A stretch of 64,000 bases of DNA from Anaerolineae bacterium. GTDB lineage: Bacteria; Chloroflexota; Anaerolineae; UBA1429. The notes under the pieces are model-generated. The model made no database searches, was not told the origin of the DNA, and was given only the letters and a program-made list of their open reading frames with translations. The translations under genes and the position numbers were made by a program. The stretch covers positions 2,784,001 to 2,848,000 of the forward strand of contig OY776562.1 of the NCBI GenBank assembly GCA_963675785.1. The letters are read 5' to 3'. Shown here one piece after another: positions 30,261 through 40,073 of the stretch (position 1 is its first letter; each line of letters opens with the position of its first letter).

Positions 30261-31268
30261 TTACATGCCTTCGCAAGAAGAATCTTCTTGGTCCGGCCAA
30301 AAAGCAAAGAGCGAACCCACCGAATTCCCCATGACGTTTCTGCGTATGGCTTCGCCAAAGATGCGCCCCACAGAAAGTACCGTCAGCTTTTCCAGATGCT
30401 TCTCCGGCGGCAAAGGAACGGTGTTGGTAGTTACAATCTCATCTATCTCGGGAATATTGGCAAGACGCTGGACGGCAGGGCCGCTAAAGACGCCGTGTGT
30501 ACACGCCAGCGTAATGCGCTTGACATCGTTCACTCGCAAAAGATCGACCAGAGCGATAATCGAGCCACCCGTAGCAATTTCGTCATCAAAGACGATGACG
30601 TTCTTGCCCTTGATATCACCAATGATGCCAGCAATACACACTCTGTCATCTTCCAAACGTTCTTTATCGCCTGCAGCCACACCGATGCCGAGGGCTTTGG
30701 CGAGCTTGGAAGCCCGTTTTGCATGGCCGATATCGGGAGAGACGATGACTGTGTTATCCAGATTGCGCTTACGGAAATGATTAATGAATACACTTTGCGC
30801 CGTCAGGTGGTCAGTTGGTACACCGAAAAACCCGTGTACCTGAGAGGAATGCAACGTCATTGTCATTACATGACTAGCGCCAGCAGTTTGGATCAAATCA
30901 GCAATCAGCTTGCCCGTAATAGAGATGCGAGGGGCATCTTTTTTGTCAGAGCGACCGTAGGAATAATAGGGGATGATGGCATGAACTGTCTTGGCGGAAG
31001 CGCTTCGCGCCGCATCGAGCATCATCAATAATTCTAACAGATGGTCACTAACACTAGGCGAAAGAGATTGGATGATGGCAACCTCTTTGCCGCGAACGCT
31101 CTCTCCCAACTGAACAAAAAGATTGTCATTTGAGAAACGGGTAGTCACATGCGGACTCACATGACATCCTAAACTTGCAGCGATCTCGTTTGCCAATTCC
31201 GGGTGCGAGCTACCACTAAATATCCGTAGATCTTTCTGCAAGCATTGCTGTTCGTCGACTATATCCAC
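30261..31268 (-). CDS. prs: Ribose-phosphate pyrophosphokinase
   Basis: PYYSYGRSDKK, VSPDIG, DDEIATGGS, THGVFSG. Confidence 0.95.
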   Translation of the reverse strand: MDIVDEQQCLQKDLRIFSGSSHPELANEIAASLGCHVSPHVTTRFSNDNLFVQLGESVRGKEVAIIQSLSPSVSDHLLELLMMLDAARSASAKTVHAIIPYYSYGRSDKKDAPRISITGKLIADLIQTAGASHVMTMTLHSSQVHGFFGVPTDHLTAQSVFINHFRKRNLDNTVIVSPDIGHAKRASKLAKALGIGVAAGDKERLEDDRVCIAGIIGDIKGKNVIVFDDEIATGGSIIALVDLLRVNDVKRITLACTHGVFSGPAVQRLANIPEIDEIVTTNTVPLPPEKHLEKLTVLSVGRIFGEAIRRNVMGNSVGSLFAFWPDQEDSSCEGM

Positions 31269-31424
31269 CCCGAATCCTCCCCTGCTAGCTCAGGAGTCAG
31301 ATACCAGCCCCCCAATCGAAAGACACGGGGGAGTGTACCATAACCACAAGTACAGTCCAACTCATCCTTTCATGCTTGGCATTTTGCTTGCATATACCCA
31401 AATGGTATAGTATCGCGCAGTAAC

Positions 31425-32564
31425 TTGATCGAACAGGAGAAAAATAGCGTGCGACGAATAGCTCATTTGCTCCTCATACTTGCATGTTTGTGGACCATTG
31501 TGCTACCAGCAAGCGTCTCGGCGGATAGTACTGCCAACCTTCTGGTCAACCCTGGCTTTGAAGAAGGCGAGCACAAAACAGAAGATATGGGCACCAGCCT
31601 GTCCTCATCAGTGGGCAATGGCTGGACGCCATGGTCTGTCCTAGGCGATGTAACAATAAATCGCGAGGTAGAATACAAAGTCCTCGATGTGGCCACCCTT
31701 CCCGATAGCTATAACATTCATTCGGGAAACCATTGCCAAAAGTTTTTTACGACTTGGGGAACCCATACAGCCGGATTCTATCAGCGTGTGGCCGTAGAGC
31801 CGGGAAGCCTGGTTACTTTTTCCATCTGGGTGCAGATATATACGGGAGAACGAGAGCTCTACTCGAACGGTCACGCCATCTCGGACTTGAACTGGCCCAC
31901 GGAGAGCAATCCCGATCAGGGTCCGGGATTATATGCCGTTTCCGCCGGCATTGATCCTTACGGCAATACCCCTGTGGGCTTTGGCGCAGCTCCCTCTTCG
32001 GATACTGTCTGGTCTGCTTCAGTAGACGAATGGGACACCCGCTGGATAGCAGAAAATGGTGAACAGCACGATCTTTGGGTGCAGCTGACTGTTTCTACTA
32101 TTGCTCAAAGCGACTATGTCACCGTATACACCAAGGGCCAGCCAGAATATGCCGTCAAACATAATGACTCTTTCTGGGATGACGCTTCTTTGGTTGCTGA
32201 AACGCCCCCAACAGCAACGCCAACCATGACCAATACACCCACCTTGACGCCGATAGCATCCAATACGCCGTTGCCCACTGAAACGGCAACGTCTACTCTA
32301 TCACCCACTGCCACAGCGACCCTACCAGCTACTGCTACAGCTACTGCCACTGCAACAGTCGTTCCGCCTACAGCAACAATGGAACCGCCAACAGCAACCA
32401 ATGTTCCGTCTACTGAAACAGCGGTTCCCTCATCAACTGCAACAGCCACTACCACAGCAACTACAGCCGATGAAGCTGAGGGAAACGGTATAATGCTTCT
32501 CTACGGAGGTCTGATTATCATCGCAGTGGTTCTCATTTTAAGCAGATTCCGCACCAAACGATAA
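31425..32564 (+). CDS. Secreted/surface protein with a jelly-roll-like domain, Thr/Pro linker and C-terminal membrane anchor
   Basis: Signal peptide, NLLVNPGFE, FWDDASL, long TATAT/PTAT tract, terminal TM + RFRTKR. Confidence 0.75.
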   Translation: MIEQEKNSVRRIAHLLLILACLWTIVLPASVSADSTANLLVNPGFEEGEHKTEDMGTSLSSSVGNGWTPWSVLGDVTINREVEYKVLDVATLPDSYNIHSGNHCQKFFTTWGTHTAGFYQRVAVEPGSLVTFSIWVQIYTGERELYSNGHAISDLNWPTESNPDQGPGLYAVSAGIDPYGNTPVGFGAAPSSDTVWSASVDEWDTRWIAENGEQHDLWVQLTVSTIAQSDYVTVYTKGQPEYAVKHNDSFWDDASLVAETPPTATPTMTNTPTLTPIASNTPLPTETATSTLSPTATATLPATATATATATVVPPTATMEPPTATNVPSTETAVPSSTATATTTATTADEAEGNGIMLLYGGLIIIAVVLILSRFRTKR

Positions 32565-32566
32565 TC

Positions 32567-32606
32567 AAAAGAGCCCTCTGCGCAATGCCAGAGGGCTCTT
32601 TCTTTT
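32567..32606 (+). terminator. Intrinsic terminator
   Basis: AAAGAGCCCTCTG...CAGAGGGCTCTTT followed by CTTTT. Confidence 0.8.
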
Positions 32607-32697
32607 AACGCCAGAACGTCTCTATCTAGCCCTGTAGACACAAGCCCCGATTGGGCTATAATGGTATCGTTCCTGCAAGTAAAAGCGAGGAGGTTCG

Positions 32698-33678
32698 ATG
32701 CAACCCGATCCCGTACTCTTTAGCATAGGCAACTTTTCGGTTTACTGGTACGGCGTCCTCATTACAGTCGGCGTCATACTCGCCACGTATCTTGCCAGCA
32801 AGCTGGCACAACGAGATGGTCACGACCCCGACCTTGCCTGGACCCTGATGGTCTACGTGCTCATCCCTGGTATCTTGGGTGGGCGTCTCTATCACGTCAT
32901 CTCGAGCTGGAATTACTATTCTGCTAATCCACAGGATATCATTCAGCTGCAAATGCAGGGCTTTGGCATTTTTGGCGCCGTTTTTGGCGGCATTGTCGGC
33001 CTGCTCATTTTTGCCAAGGTTTACAAGCAGAGCTTTTTGCAGTGGGCTGACTTTGTGGCGCCGGGTCTTATTCTAGCCCAGGCTATCGGTCGTTGGGGAA
33101 ACTTTTTCAATCAGGAACTCTTTGGTCCACCAACAGATCTCCCCTGGGGCATCTATATCTCTCCTGAGAACCGCATTGGCGCGAATCTACCTGCTGATTA
33201 TATCAATTACGAGTACTTTCATCCTACATTCTTTTATGAATCGCTCCTGAATTTTATCTCTTTCCTGGTGCTCTATTATCTCGCACGTAACTGGAAAAAG
33301 AACCGCATGTACGGCGATATCTTTTTCCTCTATGGCATGTTCTATGCGGTAATTCGCTTCATTATTGAATTCTACCGCCCCGACGCCTGGACGTTAGGCG
33401 GCATCCCGACGGCACAATGGGTCTCGATTGCCATGTTTCTCGTCTGTGGTGCTATTATGCTCATTCGGCACCGGCTGCGCAGAGCCAGCATGGTCTATGA
33501 GCCGAGTGAACCGTGGGTTGCCCCTGAACTCGAAGAATCGCAAACCCAATCCGCCACGGAAGATACCCCTGTCCAAGATGAGGCTTTGCTTGAAAAAGAA
33601 GCCACATCAGAAGATGAACCTGCGAAAGAAGACGAATCACCGGATCCCAAAGATAAATTAACGGATGCTGCTGAATAA
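32698..33678 (+). CDS. lgt: Prolipoprotein diacylglyceryl transferase
   Basis: WYG, GGRLYHV, QAIGRWGNFFNQE, HPTFFYE, RFIIEFYR; acidic tail. Confidence 0.95.
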   Translation: MQPDPVLFSIGNFSVYWYGVLITVGVILATYLASKLAQRDGHDPDLAWTLMVYVLIPGILGGRLYHVISSWNYYSANPQDIIQLQMQGFGIFGAVFGGIVGLLIFAKVYKQSFLQWADFVAPGLILAQAIGRWGNFFNQELFGPPTDLPWGIYISPENRIGANLPADYINYEYFHPTFFYESLLNFISFLVLYYLARNWKKNRMYGDIFFLYGMFYAVIRFIIEFYRPDAWTLGGIPTAQWVSIAMFLVCGAIMLIRHRLRRASMVYEPSEPWVAPELEESQTQSATEDTPVQDEALLEKEATSEDEPAKEDESPDPKDKLTDAAE

Positions 33679-33679
33679 T

Positions 33680-33714
33680 AAAAAGAGGGGAGACCAATGG
33701 TCTCCCCTCTTTTT
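33680..33714. terminator. Bidirectional terminator
   Basis: AAAAAGAGGGGAGACC-AAT-GGTCTCCCCTCTTTTT between convergent genes. Confidence 0.85.
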
Positions 33715-33721
33715 ACAAGTG

Positions 33722-34465
33722 CTAAGCAATAGACTGCTCTCCTTGAATACTTTCAACCAAAGCCACGGCCTCTCGAACATCTTCTTCACTGCCGAGCAAG
33801 AGCATTCTGAGCCCGCCTTCAGCACCTGCGATGCCACCAGCAGCAACGGGCAAAGCATCTACGTTACAAAGCACATCAAACGCCTCGATCTCGGTAAAGA
33901 TATTCCCCTGGACAGGCCACAGTGCGTGTACTTTGCCAAGCGTATCTTCATCTTCAGCAACAATCTCACTTGCCGCTAAAATATCAAAGGGAACTTCTTT
34001 TTCTAATCCCACAGGAACCAACAGATTTAGCATGCCACCGATAATTTTGCCAATAGCACCGCCTATAGTGCCTCCGACAGGATGACCAATAGTAATGCCG
34101 GCAATGCCTGCCTGATAGTTGAGTGCGTTGGCCCCTTTGATATAGATATCTCCTGGCTTCATCTTGGCCAAAGCAGTCAGCCTATCCAAACTAGGATCGG
34201 GCTTGCCATCAACCAGCACAAGATCGGCAAGACCTTCTACTTGCCATGTGCCCTTGGCTTTAGCAGGTGTGGTGCGACCGGTTACATAGGCACGCTTATC
34301 AATCGTCTGGCCAGTTAGTTCTTCATACACATAACCATTCGTGGTACCCGAAGTCACCACGATGATGCCTTTATCCATCTTTTCGCGAACCTGGTCCAAA
34401 GCGGCAATTCCCTTGGCAATCAGTCTCTTTGATTCGGATACCGTCAAAACAACTTCTGCTTTCAT
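33722..34465 (-). CDS. Conserved hypothetical protein
   Basis: 247-aa ORF with LTVSESKRLIAK, GTTNGY, KGANAL, PVGLEK, GGIAGAEG motifs; RBS GGGGAAG. Confidence 0.7.
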   Translation of the reverse strand: MKAEVVLTVSESKRLIAKGIAALDQVREKMDKGIIVVTSGTTNGYVYEELTGQTIDKRAYVTGRTTPAKAKGTWQVEGLADLVLVDGKPDPSLDRLTALAKMKPGDIYIKGANALNYQAGIAGITIGHPVGGTIGGAIGKIIGGMLNLLVPVGLEKEVPFDILAASEIVAEDEDTLGKVHALWPVQGNIFTEIEAFDVLCNVDALPVAAGGIAGAEGGLRMLLLGSEEDVREAVALVESIQGEQSIA

Positions 34466-34481
34466 TATCTTCCCCCTATAC

Positions 34482-35051
34482 CTAGTAAACGGTTACAAGA
34501 TCCCTGATCTGTGAAAAGGTTACATCACCTATGCCGGGCACATCCAACAGCTCTTCACACGAACTGAAAGGACCATTTTCGGTGCGATATTGGATAATAC
34601 TCCCGGCAGTAACGGGGCCAATACTGGGAAGTTGATCGAGTTCTGCTTCAGTTGCTGTGTTGAGATCAATCAACCCATCTTCCTGTAAAGAAGTTGCACC
34701 TACGGATACCTGCTCATCTACAGCCGGGATATAGATTTTCTGGGCATCAACCAAATAAGCGGCCAAATTCACCGCCTGCCGGTCAGCATCATCCGCAAAT
34801 CCACCGGCACTGTCCACAGCATCCAAAACCCGACTGCCGGAAGGAAGCGAGTAGACGCCTGGCGAGACAACCTGCCCAGTTACGTGAACGTACACCTCGG
34901 AAGATACGCCCTCTTGCTGGCTGGTATCTTGCACAAACTGTACCGTCTCGGGGCCAAGCTTGGCAGAGACAAGGTTGTAAATCGCAAAACACACAAGGCA
35001 ACAGATCACACCGATGACAAAGGGAGCCAAATGCTCCTTGAGTTTTTCCAT
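34482..35051 (-). CDS. comEA: ComEA family DNA-uptake protein
   Basis: TM, SLBB (VHVTGQVVSPGVY), HhH (LNTATEAELDQLPSIGPVTA, VPGIG); start uncertain. Confidence 0.9.
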   Translation of the reverse strand: MEKLKEHLAPFVIGVICCLVCFAIYNLVSAKLGPETVQFVQDTSQQEGVSSEVYVHVTGQVVSPGVYSLPSGSRVLDAVDSAGGFADDADRQAVNLAAYLVDAQKIYIPAVDEQVSVGATSLQEDGLIDLNTATEAELDQLPSIGPVTAGSIIQYRTENGPFSSCEELLDVPGIGDVTFSQIRDLVTVY

Positions 35052-35126
35052 GTGCACTCTTTTCAACAACCTCTTTGATGTTAACACGTGACATGGTGAA
35101 TGACAACAAGCCAGAGAGTGAGATTT

Positions 35127-35153
35127 TTGGCACTCTGGCGTTTACACTGCTAA
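35127..35153. promoter_or_regulatory. CIRCE element 1 (HrcA operator)
   Basis: TTGGCACTC-N9-CACTGCTAA versus consensus TTAGCACTC-N9-GAGTGCTAA. Confidence 0.8.
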
Positions 35154-35162
35154 ATCAACACC

Positions 35163-35191
35163 TTGACAGCTTTAAATCATGGTGCTATCAT
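35163..35191 (+). promoter_or_regulatory. Sigma-A promoter of hrcA
   Basis: TTGACA-17 bp-TATCAT with TG extension. Confidence 0.8.
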
Positions 35192-35192
35192 A

Positions 35193-35219
35193 CTAGCACT
35201 CTGTTATCGAGACTGCTAA
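35193..35219. promoter_or_regulatory. CIRCE element 2
   Basis: CTAGCACTC-N9-GACTGCTAA just upstream of hrcA. Confidence 0.88.
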
Positions 35220-35234
35220 CCACAGATAAGAGAT

Positions 35235-36314
35235 ATGATGAACGAACCCGCCGAGCTCTCGCCCCGACAAAAAGAAATCCTGGCCATACTCGTACATGAG
35301 TACATCACAACGGCCACACCCGTCGGATCGAATACGATCCGCGATGCTGGGCGTATGTCTGTGAGTTCGGCCACGATCCGCAACGAGCTCATGTCTCTTG
35401 AAGATGCAGGCTTTATCATTCAACCGCACACATCGGCGGGGCGAATTCCAACCTTATTGGGGTACCGTCTGTTTGTGGAGCAGCTCATGGGTAACGTCAA
35501 GTTGCCGGACTATGAACAAAGAACGATTGAGCATCAGTTCTATCAGATGGGTACAGATATTGATCAATGGATGAAGTTGACGGCCGCTGTGCTGGCACGA
35601 GCAGTCGACACAGCTTCGTTTGTTACTCCGCCAGTGGCGGGCGAATCCCGTTTCCGGCATATCGAACTCATATCCGTAAGCGAATCAGCAATTCTTCTTG
35701 TGATGGTTCTCCAAGATGGATCCATTCATCAGGAGATGCTCGCCACAACGAATTCGATTTCTCAGGATGTCCTGAGTCGTGCGTCAAATCGACTTAACGC
35801 CCTGTTTGAAGATCTTGATATCAACGAAATTCGTCGATTCCAATGGCCAGAAGGCTTTGCTCCGCAGGATTGGGAAGAGCAAGTCATTCGGCACATCATC
35901 GACCGCATGAGCAATGTGAATAGCACAGCGGTGGGTCGTATCTATCATGATGGGCTCGTCAATGTTCTCAAGCAGCCCGAGTTTCTTGACATCGACCGCT
36001 TTCAGCACGTGTTAGAAATTGTTGAACGAAGAGGTGTTCTAGAATCCGTATTGACAAGTATTTTGAGAGCCAACGGTGTCCAGGTCATTATCGGCGGCAC
36101 AGGGCGTTTCGGCTCTATCGATGATTTGAGTCTGGTGCTGACACCTTATGGCGTTCAAGGGCTAGCCAGCGGTGTATTGGGCGTTATGGGGCCCACCCGC
36201 ATGCCTTACGCACGTGCCGTATCCACTGTGCGCTACGTCTCGGGCATTATGAGTGGGATCGTCGCAGGACTTTACGGTGATCGACCTCAGAATGATGCAC
36301 ATTCGGCAAGTTGA
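35235..36314 (+). CDS. hrcA: Heat-inducible transcription repressor
   Basis: PVGS, SSATIRNE, QPHTSAGRIPT, GVMGPTRMPY. Confidence 0.96.
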   Translation: MMNEPAELSPRQKEILAILVHEYITTATPVGSNTIRDAGRMSVSSATIRNELMSLEDAGFIIQPHTSAGRIPTLLGYRLFVEQLMGNVKLPDYEQRTIEHQFYQMGTDIDQWMKLTAAVLARAVDTASFVTPPVAGESRFRHIELISVSESAILLVMVLQDGSIHQEMLATTNSISQDVLSRASNRLNALFEDLDINEIRRFQWPEGFAPQDWEEQVIRHIIDRMSNVNSTAVGRIYHDGLVNVLKQPEFLDIDRFQHVLEIVERRGVLESVLTSILRANGVQVIIGGTGRFGSIDDLSLVLTPYGVQGLASGVLGVMGPTRMPYARAVSTVRYVSGIMSGIVAGLYGDRPQNDAHSAS

Positions 36315-36320
36315 GAGAGG

Positions 36321-36896
36321 ATGCTAATGACATTTAGTGAAAATGAAGACAACAGAAACACTCCTCGAACTGATGATCAGCAAGAAAGCACTTCTGAGGG
36401 TATAGCGGATACAGAGGCACTCTTTACTAGAATAAAAGAACTTGAGAGCGAGAGTGCCGAAAACCGCGATAAATATTTGCGTTCTGTTGCCGATTTATCC
36501 AATTATCGCAAACGAATCGAGCGCGACCGGGAGCAGCAAGCCTGGCGAGAAAAAGCCAGAATCGTATCCCGTTTTCTCGAGATTATGGATGATTTTGAGC
36601 GCGCCACAGACGCTATCCCTGAGACCGTGAGAAACGATGGCTGGGTTGAAGGCATCATGTTGGTTGAGCGCAAGCTTCGCACGACGCTTCAGGAATTCAA
36701 CGTTGAAACTTTTACATCAGTCGGGCAAGTCTTTGATCCCAATCTACATTCTGCACTGATGGAAGGCGAAAGCAATACGTATCCCCAGGGTGTTGTGATG
36801 GCAGAGCTGCAAAAGGGATACATGATGGATGACCAAGTGCTTCGGCATGCAATGGTACAGGTTTCTTCGGGCACATCTGGCAATAACAACCAATAG
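36321..36896 (+). CDS. grpE: Nucleotide exchange factor GrpE
   Basis: ADLSNYRKR, FDPNLHSA, QKGYMM..VLRHAMVQV. Confidence 0.95.
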   Translation: MLMTFSENEDNRNTPRTDDQQESTSEGIADTEALFTRIKELESESAENRDKYLRSVADLSNYRKRIERDREQQAWREKARIVSRFLEIMDDFERATDAIPETVRNDGWVEGIMLVERKLRTTLQEFNVETFTSVGQVFDPNLHSALMEGESNTYPQGVVMAELQKGYMMDDQVLRHAMVQVSSGTSGNNNQ

Positions 36897-36930
36897 CAAC
36901 AAAAATACGACTTTCTAGGAGGCTTTTATA

Positions 36931-38808
36931 ATGGCAAAGATAATCGGTATTGACCTTGGCACCACCAACTCTGTGGTTGCAGTGATGGAGGGCGGTGAGC
37001 CCACAGTCATCACAACAGCTGAAGGTTCGCGCTTGTGCCCATCAGTCGTGGCCGTCAATCCCAAAACAGGTGAGCGAATGGTGGGGCAGGTTGCACGCCG
37101 ACAAGCCATTACGAACCCTGATAACACTATTTTCTCCATAAAGCGCCTTATGGGACGCAAGTATGATGACCCTCTGGTTCGCAAAGCCCAAAGCATTCTC
37201 CCTTACAAAATCGTCGAACGAGACAACGGCGATGCATGGGTTGTGATGAACGGCAAAGAATATTCGGCTCCCGAGGTCTCGGCCATGATTCTGGCCAAGC
37301 TCAAGGCCGATGCAGAGGCCTATCTCGGTGAAAAAGTCACTCAGGCCGTCATCACTGTTCCTGCTTATTTCAATGATTCGCAGCGCCAGGCGACAAAGGA
37401 TGCTGGCCGCATTGCCGGACTCGAAGTCATGCGTATCATCAACGAGCCGACAGCATCCTCTTTGGCTTATGGTCTTGATAAAAAGAAGGATGAGCGAATA
37501 GCCGTCTATGATCTCGGTGGTGGCACATTCGATATCTCGATCCTCGATATTGGCGACGGTGTCTTTGAGGTTAAATCCACAAACGGCGACACCTTCCTCG
37601 GCGGCGATGACTTTGATCAGACCATCATCAACTGGATCGCCGATGAGTTCAAAAAAGAACAGGGTATCGACCTGCGTAGCGACCGTATGGCTCTTCAGCG
37701 CCTCAAGGAGGCAGCAGAAAAGGCCAAGATCGAGCTCTCGACAACAATGCAAACCGAGATCAATCTGCCCTTTATTACGGCAGACGCCAGCGGACCCAAG
37801 CATTTGAATATGAACCTGACCCGTGCCAAGCTTGAACAGCTTGTAGAGAGCCTCGTAGATCGTTCACTCGAACCCTGTCGAAAGGCACTCAAAGATGCTG
37901 GCTTAACGATCAAAGACATTGATGAGGTGGTGTTGGTTGGTGGCCAAACGCGTATGCCCTTGGTGCAAAAACGCGTCGAAGAATTTTTTGGCAAAGCGCC
38001 CCACAAAGGCGTTAACCCGGATGAAGTAGTCGCCATTGGGGCTGCTATCCAGGCTGGCGTACTCGCTGGGACTGTCGACGACGTGCTGCTTTTGGATGTA
38101 ACGCCCCTGACACTGGGCATTGAAACCCTTGGTGGTGTAGCAACACCTCTCATCGATCGCAACACGACGATCCCAACCAAGCGCAGCCAAGTCTTTTCGA
38201 CCGCCTCGGATAGTCAGACTCAAGTGCAGATCACTGTGGTTCAGGGCGAGCGGCCTATGGCCCGCGATAACAAGCAGCTGGGCACCTTTGTGCTGGACGG
38301 CATTCCGCCCGCGCCACGTGGCGTGCCGCAAGTCGAAGTAACCTTTGACATCGATGCCGACGGCATTTTGCACGTCTCTGCCAAGGATAAAGCGACTGGG
38401 CGTGAACAGAAAATCACCATCACAGCCTCTAGCGGCCTGACTGAAAATGAAATCGACAAAATGGTTCACGAAGCCGAGCAGCACCGCGACGAGGATGAGC
38501 GTCATAAGGACGAGATTGAAAAGCGCAATCAGGCTGACTCAATGGTCTATAGCGCTGAAAAGACCCTGAGAGACCTCGGCGACAAGGTGCCAGCTGACAT
38601 CAGAACAGACGTCGAAGCCAAAGCAGAGGCTCTCAAAGAGGCTCTCAAAGGCGATAACCTCGACCAAATCGATCGTGCTTCAAACGATCTGCAGGTAGCA
38701 ATGAGCAAGATCGGCGAGAAAATGTACCAGCAGGAAGGTCCTCAGGATAACAGCAGTGGAGCCCCTGACGATGATTCCACAGTTGATGGCGAGTTCAGAG
38801 AGGTCTAA
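36931..38808 (+). CDS. dnaK: Chaperone DnaK
   Basis: [35 protein letters not shown]. Confidence 0.99.
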   Translation: MAKIIGIDLGTTNSVVAVMEGGEPTVITTAEGSRLCPSVVAVNPKTGERMVGQVARRQAITNPDNTIFSIKRLMGRKYDDPLVRKAQSILPYKIVERDNGDAWVVMNGKEYSAPEVSAMILAKLKADAEAYLGEKVTQAVITVPAYFNDSQRQATKDAGRIAGLEVMRIINEPTASSLAYGLDKKKDERIAVYDLGGGTFDISILDIGDGVFEVKSTNGDTFLGGDDFDQTIINWIADEFKKEQGIDLRSDRMALQRLKEAAEKAKIELSTTMQTEINLPFITADASGPKHLNMNLTRAKLEQLVESLVDRSLEPCRKALKDAGLTIKDIDEVVLVGGQTRMPLVQKRVEEFFGKAPHKGVNPDEVVAIGAAIQAGVLAGTVDDVLLLDVTPLTLGIETLGGVATPLIDRNTTIPTKRSQVFSTASDSQTQVQITVVQGERPMARDNKQLGTFVLDGIPPAPRGVPQVEVTFDIDADGILHVSAKDKATGREQKITITASSGLTENEIDKMVHEAEQHRDEDERHKDEIEKRNQADSMVYSAEKTLRDLGDKVPADIRTDVEAKAEALKEALKGDNLDQIDRASNDLQVAMSKIGEKMYQQEGPQDNSSGAPDDDSTVDGEFREV

Positions 38809-38828
38809 CCTCACACGGCTCACTCACA

Positions 38829-38864
38829 AACAAGGGTTAGGAGCGCAGGCCCCTAACCCTTGTT
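38829..38864 (+). terminator. Hairpin/terminator after dnaK
   Basis: AACAAGGGTTAGG...CCTAACCCTTGTT. Confidence 0.7.
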
Positions 38865-38887
38865 CGCTTGTTAATTGGATACGTCAG

Positions 38888-38914
38888 TAAGCACATTTTG
38901 ACCAGCCGTGCTCA
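38888..38914. promoter_or_regulatory. Degenerate CIRCE-like element upstream of dnaJ
   Basis: TAAGCACAT-N9-CCGTGCTCA keeps the AGCAC/GTGCT core at CIRCE spacing. Confidence 0.4.
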
Positions 38915-38948
38915 CACAAATAAACTCTCGTTCAGGAGATAACTGCTT

Positions 38949-40067
38949 ATGGCTTCTGAAAAACGTGATTATTATGAGCTCCTCGGCATTCCGCGTGATG
39001 CAGACAAAGATGCGATTCGCTCTGCCTATCGTAAACTTGCCCGCCAGTACCATCCGGATGTTAACAAGGATGCGGATGCCGAAGATCAATTCAAAGAGAT
39101 CAACGAAGCTTACCAGGTTCTGAACGACGAGGAAAAACGCGCCGTTTATGACCGCTATGGGCATGCCGGTCTGAATCAAAACGGCAATGCAGGGTCTGGC
39201 GCTGGCTTTGGCTTTGATTTCTCTGATATTATGGAGGACTTTTTCGGCTTTGGTACGCGCACATCGCGTCAAGGACCAATGCGAGGTGCAGATCTTCGCT
39301 ATGACCTCGAGATCACCTTTGAAGAAGCCGTTCTGGGTGTAGAAAAAGAAATAGAGGTCAACCGACGAGAGGCCTGCCCTCATTGCCAAGGCTCGGGTGC
39401 AGAGCCCGGTACCTCCCCAATCCGTTGCCCTGACTGTAATGGTACGGGCCAAATACGCCGCGCCCAGCAATCGCTCTTTGGTCAATTTGTCAATGTTACC
39501 ACCTGCCCCAGATGTGAAGGGCGTGGAGAGATCGTTACCACACCCTGTTCGGTATGCCATGGCGAACGCCGTGTAGAACAAGCGCGCAAGTTATCCATCA
39601 AAATACCGGCGGGGGTAGATAACGGGAACCGCATTCGCCTCTCGGGCGAAGGCGAAGCAGGCATGCAGGGCGGTCCCACTGGCAGTCTCTATATCATTTT
39701 ACACGTGATGCCTCATGCCTTTTTCAGAAGGCAAGATCAGGATATCATTCTGAATCTCAATATAAACGTCGCCCAGGCCGCTTTGGGAGACAAAGTGGAC
39801 GTGCCCACTATTGAAGGTGAAGAAACGATAACAATCCCCGCCGGTACCCAAACAGGGCACGTTATCACCCTCAAAGGTAAAGGCGTTGTCGGCGTACACA
39901 GTACCCACCGCGGCAATCAACGCGTCTTTATCAATGTCGTCATCCCTACCAAGCTAACCAAAGAGCAAAAAGAACTGTTTAGGGAACTCGGCAGTTCGCT
40001 TGGGGGAGAGAGCATTGAAGAAGAGCGGTCGTTCATGGATAGGCTCAAAGAAGCCTTGGGAGGTTAG
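38949..40067 (+). CDS. dnaJ: Chaperone DnaJ
   Basis: J domain HPD, G/F region, four CxxCxGxG-type repeats. Confidence 0.98.
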   Translation: MASEKRDYYELLGIPRDADKDAIRSAYRKLARQYHPDVNKDADAEDQFKEINEAYQVLNDEEKRAVYDRYGHAGLNQNGNAGSGAGFGFDFSDIMEDFFGFGTRTSRQGPMRGADLRYDLEITFEEAVLGVEKEIEVNRREACPHCQGSGAEPGTSPIRCPDCNGTGQIRRAQQSLFGQFVNVTTCPRCEGRGEIVTTPCSVCHGERRVEQARKLSIKIPAGVDNGNRIRLSGEGEAGMQGGPTGSLYIILHVMPHAFFRRQDQDIILNLNINVAQAALGDKVDVPTIEGEETITIPAGTQTGHVITLKGKGVVGVHSTHRGNQRVFINVVIPTKLTKEQKELFRELGSSLGGESIEEERSFMDRLKEALGG

Positions 40068-40073
40068 GTAAAC

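Noticed and set aside
32200-32470. Low-complexity ACN-GCN repeats
   Set aside because: Explained by the Thr/Ala/Pro linker of the surface protein.
37042-38505. Long antisense ORFs (253, 161 and 200 aa) opposite dnaK
   Set aside because: Known shadow ORFs from codon bias in conserved genes; the same applies to ORFs opposite rny, cpaF, prs, dnaJ and tkt.
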